Below, one piece after another: positions 11,589-23,500 of a DNA stretch of 64,000 nt. The translations under genes and the position numbers were made by a program. Source of the DNA: Sphaerodactylus townsendi (lineage: Eukaryota); contig NC_059428.1 of NCBI RefSeq assembly GCF_021028975.2, positions 151,962,001-152,026,000 on the forward strand. The letters are read 5' to 3'. The notes beneath the pieces were generated by a model that searched no databases, was not told the origin of the DNA, and was given only the letters and a program-made list of their open reading frames with translations. Position 1 is the first letter of the stretch, and every line of letters starts with the position of its first letter.

Positions 11589-14500
11589 TCAAGCTGGAAC
11601 AGAACCTGTCCCTCCCTCTAAGAGCTGGCTGGTTGTTTTCATAGCGAGTGGCAGGGAGACATGTGTGTCGCGGTGGAACCGGGGGCTGCAGACCTCGTCC
11701 GATGGCGTCAGCACAAACTGAGCCACACTGGGCATTTTCAGCAGGTTCATCAGTTCGGTGGCTCGTGTCAGAATGGCTTCTGTGTCCTCGGCGCTGTACA
11801 CGGAGGAGACAGTAGGGCTCTGGACAAAGAGCCTCATCTTGGACAAGAAGAGGGACGTCCTGGGGCATAGACAACAAACGGTTGCACTGAGTGGGGACCG
11901 AAATTCAAGAAAGAATGACACCTTAAGCCCATAGAAGCTACTCCCTGCCACCTCTTCTTCTGGCAGGTCAGAGTTGGGAAGAGATCTGAAGCCCAAAGGC
12001 CTGCTGCCAGGGAGAAATCATCTGGGTGTGAGGACCACCCTCCCCTCCCCTCCCACCTCCACACTGGATCACAGAGCCAGAATATGCTTCAGCCAGAAAG
12101 CAGGACCCAGAAAGAACAGTAAGTCAACCCCTGCCCTCTGTGTAACATTACCAGTCTCTGGCCCCTTCCTCACATGCAGATTGATGTACTTCCAATCCAC
12201 TTTGCAGCTGTGCAGAATAGCAAAATCCACTTGCAAACCATTCTGGAAGTGGACTGAAAGTGCTTTATTCTGCACGTGCGGAAGGGGCCTCTTACTCTGC
12301 AGAATTTATTCTTGTTTTGCTAGCTATGTGTCCTTGTGTCAAGAACCGTCAAGTTATGGCACTCCCACAGGATTTTCAAGGCAAGCAATGAAGGAGAGTC
12401 AGTTTGCCATAGCCTTCCTTTGCTATCTTCCTATCCAAGTACCAACCCTGCTAAGCTTCTGAGATCAGGCTATCCCAGGGGTAGGGAACCTGCGGCTCTC
12501 CAGATGTTCAGGAACTACAATTCCCATCAGCCTCTGTCAGCATGGCCAATTGGCCATGCTGGTAGGGGCTGATGGGAATTGTAGTTCCTGAACATCTGGA
12601 GAGCCGCAGGTTCCCTACCCCTGGGCTATACAATAACATTCCAGATCCCTTTGTCAGGTATAGGGGAGGGGAATGAGCTATGTAAGGGGAACGAGCTATG
12701 CAAGAGCCCAGAAAGATCACTGCATTCAGTTTCGGATTAGCTTGCCTAGTAACAAAGACTGAAAAAATCTGGAAGCTGAATCCTCCAACCCACACCAGAA
12801 GCCACCTGAAATCACTAGCCCTGACCAATCAGCCTTCTTTCACATAAGAATAAGAAGAGTTGGATTTATATCCCCCCTTTCTCTCCTGTAGGAGACTCAT
12901 AGGGGCTTACAAACTCCTTTTCCCTTCCCACCTCACAACAAACACCCTGTGAGGTAGGTGGGACTGAGAGAGCTCAGAAGAACTGTGACTAGCCCAAGGT
13001 CACCCAGATGGCATGTGTTGGAGTGTACAGGCTAATCTGAATTCCCCAGATAAGCCTCCACAGCTCAAGCGGCAGAGTGGGGAATCAAACACGGCTCCTC
13101 CAGATTAGAGTACACCTGCTCTTAACCACTACATTATCTGTGCACACTGGCAAAATGTTCATTTCCCCACAGTCCCGTTTCAAACCTTGGGATCAAGTCC
13201 TGGCTGCGTGACGCCAGTTTGGCCAAGGCAGTCATGAGGACGGTGATGACGCGGGGCGAGTGCTGGGGGAGGCTGGCGGAGGGCCGCAGCTGTGTGATCT
13301 CGAACAGCATGGCCTCCAGGGCCTCGAAGAACTTGTTGATTTGTTCCACCGTGCACCTTCTGTCGTGCTTGACCGAGGCATACTCGCCAATGGCCCACAC
13401 CTGTTGGAGAAACACAGTCACGTGGGAGGGAGTGAAGGTTTTTAGCCTCTCTTGGCTAAGTTTATCTGCTCAGGGGCTGTTAACCTGTCCGTGGTGACGA
13501 AGCTTCTGCTGGGTAACGTTTAGAGGGGACGCTGTCATTATTCACAATCTCCAAAAAGACCTCCATGTTGAAATTTGGTGTTGTGCAAACTGCAAATGCA
13601 GTCCGTTCAAAGGAAGGAAATTGAGATGACAGCAATTGCCTTTGGCATGCCCCCAGTGCTAGTCTGCATCCTAGCGGATCTGAGAAAAACTCCAGAAGAA
13701 GAAGAAGAAGGAGGAGGAGGAGGAAGAGGAGGAGGAATTTGGATTATATCCTTTCTCTCCTGTAAGGAGAGTCAAAGGGGCTTACAAACTCCTTTCCCTT
13801 CCACCCCTCCACAACAAACATCCTGTGAGGTAGGTGGGGCTGAGAGAGCTCCGAAGAACTGTGACTAGCCCAAGGTCACCCAGCTGGCATATGTGTTGGG
13901 AGTGCACAAGCTAATCTGGTTCACCAGAGAAGCCTCCACAGGTCAAGTGGCAGAGCGGGGAATCAAACCCAGTTCTCCAGATTAGAGTGCACCTGCTCTT
14001 AACCACTATACCATGCTGGCTCTCTAAGGAACATCCTTGACATGCCTCCCACTTGAAAAACAGGGGGAGAGGACCTGTGCAGATGGCATCTTACCACATG
14101 GGTGAAGATGCCCTCCTTGGTCTGAATGTTGGTGACTGTTCCTGAAAACTCCATGAGCGGCGAAGACAGCTCCACTACCAACGACGGATGCCGTTTGCAC
14201 AGAACAGGCAGCTGGGCCCCCATCACTCTGCCAGGGAAAGAAGAGAGTTGAGATGTTGAAGAGCCTCCATTCTGACTTGCATTTGAAACCCTTGTAAGTC
14301 TCTAACAAAACTTAAATCTAGCTGTTCCACTGCAGACCAGCACAACGACCCTCTGAAACTATCTGCCTGGCCTGGGAAAATGGACACGACGGTGCAGAAT
14401 ACGGCTCCCGAAAGAGCACCGGGTGTCTTCCACAGCATGTCACAATCTTGTTTCTGTTTAGCGTGGACAACAGGAGAGGCCCTGGGGAGACCATGGCACA

Positions 14501-17500
14501 ACAAGACAAGACAAGAAGACATGCAGAAGACAAGAGGCCCTGAGGAGGCCTTGGCGTTACAGAAGACAGCCCCATGCTTCTGGATAGTATTTTCATACAC
14601 TGTCTTTCCACAACCAGACTACTCAGTATGCATTCATCCTGAATTAATTCTTCCCACCTCCACTGTATCACAACCTACAAACTTTTGGATGAACAAGGAG
14701 TGACATTCACCAACTCCTGGAAAATGAGGGGCCATTTTTTAAAAAGTTTATATGTAGTGCAATTTCAGGTTTTAACGTGATACAGTATTGAACAGTTCAG
14801 TCTCTTCTCATCACACAATGATGCAACCAAGAAAGAGACTCCAAGGCAGTGCTATATAGACAAAGGAGTGTTTGGTTCTCCGCATAGCCTCAGCACAGTG
14901 ACAGGTGCTCAGTTAGTTAGAACTGGACAGCAATTATGCCGCAGCATCTCCAAGTGCTGCTACGTATAGAGGGGGAAAAGGCATTAACAAATGCTTCAGG
15001 ACAGAAAACCACCAGGAAAAGGTAAGAAAGATGCACTGCATATTAAATCAGCAAGAGGTATAGAGAGAGAGGAGGGGAAAATCAATGGCCAACACTACAA
15101 TGCTGCTTGTGCTGCTGGACGCGACAACCACCCAGCCTTCCTCTTGCAAAGCTCCTGTGTGTTAACACACCCAGTCCCTTCCCAACTTAGACTCACTGGT
15201 GCATTTCAGCCTTGAACACTGGAATCTCGTAGAGTTGGCTGCTTCTCTCCAGAAGAGCCAGGACCAGCTTGTTAGCGAGGACCCCGTCTGCAAACTGGAG
15301 TGGAAGAAAGAGAGGAACAATCTTAGTTCTTACCTGATCGAAAAAGCCAGGGATTTTCTGATGTTGCGTGCTCACCCCTCATCCTGCTAAATACACTAAC
15401 ACTGCCCTTCTTTCAGTCTGGCGCAAACGTAACGCTTGAGCCTGTGGCTTGTGCCACCTCCCAATTGTCATTTCGGCCTGACGTTTCTGCACAAAATGGA
15501 ATGATACCTCTGCCACCACTCCGAAAAAGAGCTGCAGTAAGACGGGGACGCTCTCGGCGCACTGCACCACGCGAGGGGAGCTGGCCATGGATCCCAGGAG
15601 CTGTCGAAGGGGAGTCACCCTGCAAGTAGAAAACCAGCAAAAAGTTATCAGCCTCGAGTCTCCTTACAGGAGAGAAAAGTGGGGTATAAATCCATCCTCC
15701 TCCTCTTCTTCAAGGGAGCCCCAAAAACAAAGAATCTAATCTGCCCATTTCGGCAACTTTTTTTTTCCAACCTGCTGGGGTCTCCTGGAGCAGACTCGGC
15801 CCGGAGGAGATATTGGAACAGGCCCCGGTATTGCGGGTGACGGAAGGCTTCGAGGCAGGTGGCTGGCTTCACCGCTGCGTCTAAGGCCGCTCGCTCAGAC
15901 ATTGGAGCCTGGGCGCACCTTGGAATAGGTTGGGAACAAACACAAGAGCTTGGATTACTTGCCCTGTCTGTAAAAACCCTAAAAGGAATAGAGTTGCATG
16001 TAGCAATCCAGTTTCTGCTAGCCTGTAAACACAGACTAGATCCCCCCCCCCCCACCTTTTGAATCAAGTCTTAGGCCTCCATGAGAATGCAACCTGGACA
16101 AAACTGGAAGGAGGGAAGGGTGCTCCTACTTCAGCTGGATGTCCAAGGCAGCTGTTAGACAAGGCAGGTCCAGCAGCAAATGAAAAATCTCCATGGCGGT
16201 GTCTGCTCCAAGCAGAGCGGGTAAAAGGTCCATGAATTCAGAGATTAGGGCTGGACTGTTCCATGCTAGGAACTGCAGGGGGGAAACAAGACACAATTGC
16301 CAAAAAAAAAAAAAAATAGGACAGCTCTCCCTTTGTATCCCAAGCAGATTTCCCCACCGAGGCCAGAAGGATAAGCTGATCAGAACTGTTCTTCAGACAG
16401 CAGAGGATAAGAGTTACGGTGAAGTTAAATCTGTGCGTGGCGTTTAATTTAGTATCCATCAGCTTCCGGGCCAAAACAGATCTAGGTTAATGGTTTCCAA
16501 ACTATGCCAGGGATTCCTGTGTAAAACTAAGCCCCCTTGTGTAAAATAATAGTTGACCCATGCCAGCTAAGCTTCCACTATATGCTGCAGGGGTGTCTGT
16601 GTGGTGGTCAGGGCCAGATTCCCTCCAGAGACAGATCCACAACGAGGCCCGGTAGAGAACCGGGGCACAACGTACCTTGAATAGGTTCGGGGTGCTCTGG
16701 CGGAAGACACAGAGGTTCTCCGTGAAGAACGAGACGTTGTGCCGGCAGAACTGGATGAACTCGTAAGCCAACATCGGGCTGTGGAACAGCTGTGCAGGGA
16801 CTTTGGTGAACAGGTGCTTGTAAACCGCTTCTGAGTCGATGGCCGCCGTCTCACCTGTGGGGTGGAGGTAGGGTTAGGTTGCTGTCCAAAAAGGTTGCTG
16901 TCGATGGCCTGACCCAACGCAAAATCCTGATTTACGTCAGCCTTAAGGGGAGGGGAAAGTCAGCACTCTCTACTAATGATTTTGAGCCTGCGGCACCTTT
17001 GGAATTTTGAGATGGCAGGGTGGGCACAAAATGGCTGCCACAACATGGTTGCTGCAGAAGGCAGAACCAGCGACAAATCAAATATCCACTGGCCAATCAG
17101 AAGCTGGGCAAAGTCCCACATGGCCCTGCCCATTTTCTGAAAAGGCTTGGCAGGCACCAGGAAATATGTCGACATCACCACGGTGGACTCCTGCTCTACT
17201 TACTGTGGTTCAGAAAGAACTGGGCAATCGGTAGCAGCACTCGAGCGTAGGAAAGATCCCCGCTGATCCGGTCGTGCAGGATCTTCAGGCAGGAGAGAGA
17301 GCGGTAGACGTACGAAGAGTCCTGCTTGCAAATAATGTCCATGATGGTGACTGCCTCAATCAGACACTGTGTGGGGAAGTGAGAGAGAGAGGGAGACAGC
17401 TGCTGGGTCAGAAGCTCCCAGCCTGTGGCTCAATCCCAAGCCCCCCTTCTTCTCTAGCCGACTTACAGCTTTTTGCAACTCCCTGTCTGCTTTCTTCAGG

Positions 17501-20500
17501 GCCCCTAGTAGACAAAACAAAACAAACTCAGAGACCTTGCGCAGAAACTGACATGCCCCACAGTGACAGACCTAACATCAGCCCCAGTGATTCCCGATCG
17601 AAACTGGGTTGCAAGGATATCATAGCGTGTTGGTGGAGGGAGGAAGAAGTCAGAATGGGGGAGCGAGAAAAGGAACCCTTTTCTTCCTGGTATGAACCAG
17701 GCATCTGGTTCTCCTTCTAAGCCAACTCCAGCCAAGGGTGGTTGACTTGTGAGCTTTACAACATCTTTTCTCACCCCAGGCTTCATAATGTCAAAGTCTG
17801 AAAGGCTTTTTTCTTCCTGGGCACTAATCAACAGAATGCCCCAGGCTGCGCTCATCTGGGGATCTGGAACTTAAGCAGAAATGGCATGCAGATTTGCATG
17901 GTCTTCTCTGCAGCCATGAGGGCCAGAAACAAACGTCTTTAGAAGAAGAAGAGTTTGGATTTATACCCTGCTTTTCTCAACCATAAGGAGTCTCAAAGAG
18001 GCTTACAAACTCCTTCCCTTCCCCTCCCCACAAGAGACACCTTGTGAAATAGGTGGGGCTGAGAGAGTTTGGAGAGAACTGTGACCAGCCCACGGCCACC
18101 CAGCAGATTTCATGGGGAAGAGTGGTGACATAAACTTGTTCTCCAGATCAGAGTCTTCTGTTCATGTGCAGGAGCAGGGAATCAAACCCGGTTTTTCAGA
18201 TTAGAGTTCACCACTCTTAACCACTACACCATGCTGGCTTTAAGTATCTTGAGTTTTTAGCCCCACAAGAAGGCTTGCAATTTGGGGCCCATAAGTAACC
18301 AAGGTCTGAAGGAGATGGGAAAGACAAACGGGTGAGAGCTGTCCCCTTTCAGCCCCTTCCATCCCCCCCAGGAACTGGCCCAGTCTGTGCACAGAGAAGA
18401 GACCAACTCACGGCGGTTGCTCTGCTCCAGAAGCCGCTGGCAATACTCGAAGGCCTTCTCCCTCAAGCGCTCTTTCGGGGGGAGCAAGCGGCTGGAAGTG
18501 GAGGTGACAGAGACCATGGACATGATAGAGCCATCCACCTCTGATTTATCGTCTGCAGGAGAGAAGTGCCAGAACAACTCACGTATGAGATGAATTAGCA
18601 AAATGTCGCCCAGATTTAGGAAGCTGTGTCACAATTCCCCCCCAAAATGATTAGAGAGCCATTTCACAAATGACATATTCCAAAGCGGATTTACTTTTCA
18701 AGCAAGCAAAAGGTAAAATTCTCAAAGGACACCCCCCCGCCACACACACACTTCTATGCCCCCTGTTTTCACCTGACCTTTCTCCCAGAGCTCAGAGTGG
18801 CGTTACACTGTTCTCCCTTTTGATCTACACAACAAACCTGCAAGATAGGTGAGATCAAGAGCCAACCAGCCCAAGGTCACAGTAGGGATTTGAACCCGGG
18901 TCTCTCAGGTCTTTGCAAGATACACTGGTCACTATACTACGCTTGCTCTGCTGTGCGTCTGCAGAGGGAAGGACCGAGCAGCAATACAATCACACTGGCT
19001 GCCAAAATGTGACGGAACTGGCCATGTACTCTGCAGAGTAGTATTGCATGCAGAGGGGCAACAAGTAGCCTCCTCCTTTAGTCTCATAGGAACATTGCTT
19101 TTATTATGCCAAATGGCTCCCTGGCAGAACCAGAGAACCACGGACAAACACGTCCTGCTTCGTGGGTGCTGCAGTGACTACCACGTTTTGAAATTAACAT
19201 CAGTGCCCCTAACTCAGCCATCCATGGCAGAGAAAGCTCTGGCTTCTCCTGTTTCCCTGTCAGGACATTCAAGCTGTCTGGAAGGAAAAGATTGGCAAAT
19301 GACATATTCCACAGTGTGTAACATACTTCCCTCTATGATACACCTCTGAAGATGCCAGCCACAGATGCAGGTGAAACGTTAGGAACAAGATCCACCAGAC
19401 CACGGCCACACAGCCCGGAAAACCCACCACAACCAGACATATTCCACCTTTGGTTCCTTTTTCTGCTCAGCTCTCAGAGACACGTGTGTGTTTCAAGTCA
19501 AAAACCTGGGCTAAACATAAGCCACCTGACAAGTAGTGGGATTCAAATAATTTAACAACCGGTTCTGGTGATGGGAATTCAAATAATTTAACAACTGATT
19601 GTTTACAAGCACCATTTTAACAACCAGTTCTGCTGAAGTAGTGCGAACCTGCTGAATCCCACTACTGCACCTGACCCATGTCATTTTAGGCAGAGATTGC
19701 ATGGTTCAAAGCTTTGCTTAGCCGTGAACAATACTGAAGTAGCCAATTCTTTCTCTCCACGAGAGTCTTCAAACCCTCACCTGAGTTTGTGCCACTCGTC
19801 CCGCCGCTCCCATAGCACAAGAGCCACTTCCGCAGCATGGAGAAAGCCTGCATGTTAAACCACTGGTCATCTGTGTAATGCTGCCCGATCGACAACACGG
19901 TGAAGAAGTCAGTGGCGACGGTTCCGTCCACCTCCGTGATGGGACCAGGCTGCGAGGGGGCGAAAGAGAAGGCAGGATCAGTGGCGTTATGGCTGGCCAC
20001 AAGCATTTTCAGAGCTGAGACCCACAGCAGTCAAATCGCTTCCTGTGTTTCGTAAAGGTTTCAGAGGGCAGCCATGTTGGTCACTAATTTTCAGTCCGGC
20101 AGGTCCTTAGAGACCAACAAGCTTTTGGGGGCATGAGCTTTTGAGAGTCAGGACTGCTAGGAGAAGAGGGAAATGGACAAGTTGTCAAAAGAAGATCTGC
20201 ATTTAACTTCCATGCTTTGGGCTAACCTTCTCTTGTATTCTCATACAGCCACCAAGCCCTATGTCCACATTCTCTCACAGTCACTGAATAGAAGAAGAGT
20301 TTGTATTTATACTCTGTTTTTCTCAACCATAAGGAGTCTCAAAGTGGCTTACAAAATCCTTCACTTCCTCTCCCGCGACACTTTGTGTGGTTGATGGGCC
20401 TGAGAGAACTGTGACTAGCCCAATGTCACCCAGCAGGCTTCACATGTAGGAGTAGAGAAACAAACCTGGTTCACCAGATCAGATTCCGCTACTTGTGGAG

Positions 20501-23500
20501 CCGTGGGGAATCAAACCCTGTTCTCCAGGTTAGAGTCCACCACTCCTAACCAGTGCACCATGCTAGCTCCTTTTTATGTATCTTCTCTTACAAACCAATC
20601 TCAAGGCCCAGTGACTCTGGGACCTGACAATGGAGAAGTGAACTCTCTGGAAACGTTGTTTGGCTTTTCCTCACCTGCCGTGCTCGGGGATTGAAGAAGC
20701 CTCCCGAGGACTGGGGAGTTCCTTGCTGAACACTGGCATACCTTAGCCAGTCCACCATCCGTTTGCTGAGGAGGTTGATTTGATCTGCGGAGTGGAAGCA
20801 ATAAGGTTCGTCAGAAGGCACACCATTAGGTGACCTTCAACATTTCTAGGCCCAGGAGATGCCACTGAACCAACAAGCAGTAGCAAGGGACCCCACTGAG
20901 CTGCTGGCAAAGTGACATCACAGTCACATGACAGGAAAAGAAAGAATCAAGAATTATTATCTCAATGTGTCAAGAGCCTGAGCAGTGGGCCATGAAAACG
21001 TGGACAGGAAACACCAGCCAAGCACCAGAAGATCTGCCGTAGTGAGGGTGAGAGATCTGTGGCCTTGTTCTGTATTTGTATTCATTAATTAAACTATTTA
21101 TATTCCATCTTTCATCATGAAGAAGAAGAAGAGTTTGGATTTATATCCCCCTTTCTCTCCCGTAAGAAGCCTCAAGGTGGTTTATAATCTCCTTTCCCTT
21201 CCCACCCCCCACAACAAACACTCTGTGAGGTGGGTTGGGCTGAGAGAGCTCTGAAGAACTGTGACTAGCCCAAGGTTGCCCAGCTGGCATGTGTTGGAAT
21301 GCACAAGTTATTTCTGATTCCCCAGATAAGCCTCCACAGCTCAAGTGGCAGAGCGGGGGATCAAACCCGGTTCTCCAGATTAGAGTGCACCTGCTCTTAA
21401 CCACTACACCACTCTGGCTCTCAAGTTACATAAGCTACAGCAGCAGGTCTGTCTGAAAAAGAAGGCAGAAATAGCCACTGTGAGTCATGCTGTACCCCAT
21501 GTGAGGTTGCTGATCATGTGTTGCAGACCAATGCGACCAGATGGGGACTGTGCAGCATCCAGGCAACTCCTGGAGCCAGACTTGGATCATCAAGCTCGAT
21601 CAATCACTGGGCTTAAAAAGGTGAGCTCTTAATCCTAGCACTGCCCAGTCCTAGGCTGTGAACTACTTTGGTGTGTGATGCCACCTATCTGCCTCTTTCT
21701 CCGTGGGCTCTTCCTAGGAGTGGGGTTTGTTTTTTAAAACAGGCAGTGTCTAAAAGTTTGCTTCTGGGATGAGACAAACAATCAAACCCACTGGCAGGCC
21801 TGGGCTCAAAGTAAACCAAACCCAAACAGCTTGGCAGGTGGGCAGCCTTCGGATTTCTCAACCCCAGCCATGAGGTCTATGCTGTCAGAGGCTTGGCCAG
21901 GAATGTTACAGCTCCAATAAGCTTCACTGCCATTCTCTGCAGGGTGTTTAATATTCGCACACTTACCTTCGTTAAGGCTCGTCGGCACCAGGCTAATGAC
22001 CTTTGACAGGAGAGGCAGGAGATGCCGCGCACTCTGACCTTCAGGAAGTCTGCCTTCTAGGACTCTGACCAGACGCTGTCCCATGGCTTCTGTCTCCGTC
22101 TTTGCACTCCTCTTTTGAATAAAGCAAATGTTTGAACACTAGGGAGTCACGAGGGACAGAGCAAAAAGAATCCAGGCTCTTGGGCAGAGCTTGTGCGTTT
22201 GGTCATCCAGGAGCAAACTGTGTCTCCTCTGCTGCAAATTGTCCTCTGGTGCAAATTCTATCAAATGGGAGCGCTACACATGGAACATCAAGTCTGCAGC
22301 AGTTCCAAAATGGAAGAGAGAGCCACCATCATTCCTTCGTGGTAAGGGGAAGTGAAGGGAACTCTGCAATTGACACCTCACTACAATCATACACATGGCC
22401 AGGATACTGAATATAGTCACATGGTATGTGCATTTCTAAACCAAGGGTTCATTTCATTCTCACATTATACTTCTATGTGTACTCTTAAACCCCCTAGGGT
22501 AAAGTTTTGTAATCCAAGGTTGGAATTTTGGGGAGGTAAATCATGACACTCTTTTATTGCGTCATCTTCTCATTCTGTAATCGGTCTAGAATCTCAACAA
22601 GAAAGGTGGACTACAAAACAAAGTCAATAAATAGTTTTCAGTATCACTGCAGAACTCTGAAAACCCCAGAACTTACCCTATGGGAAAGCATTTATTTAAA
22701 GGTATGCTATGTGAAAATGATAAGAAGAAGTTGCACTGGTTTGCCTTTACTGTGTCCAGAGTCAATGATGAAAGTGGACTGTAATGGAACGGAAATGTTT
22801 CTGAGCACATGTTTATTTACCTGCGTCAGTATGATGGGGAACGTTAGACTCAAGAGCTCCATGTCCTGGATCTTATCCCAAGACAGAGACAGATCGTCGC
22901 TTGGCAGCATTTCTCTCAGGATGGCGGAACACAGAACCTGGACTTCCTTGGACGACTTGGGGAGCTGCAACACCCTCTGTAGAAGGTCCACAAATGTGCC
23001 GTCCAGTCTGCAGAAAGTAGGGCAAGGAAGAAAAAACCAATCTGACATGCTTTGACTTTTTTTAACATGCTTTAGATACAAAGGATGATCCAGGCTAGCC
23101 CAATCTCATTAGATCTTGGAGGCTAAGCAGGGTCAACCCTGGTTAGAAGTTGTCTAGAAGACCACCAAGGAAGTTCAGGGCTGCTACACAGAGACAGGAA
23201 ATGGAAAACCACCTCTGTTTGTCTCTTGCCTTGAAAAACCTGTGGGGTCACCATAGGTCAGCTGTGATTTGATGGTCCTTCCCACTACCAGCACAAATAG
23301 AACACTGGCTCTGAACTAGACACAGTGTGTAACACACTTCTCTCTGTGATACACCTCTGAAGATGCCAGCCACAGATGCAGGCGAAACGTTAAGAACAAG
23401 ATCTACCAGACCATGGCTACACAGTCCGGAAAACCCACCGCAACCAACTGACTCTGAAACTCTCATTCTGTTGGCAACTCCTGGGCACAGCTCATTTTGG

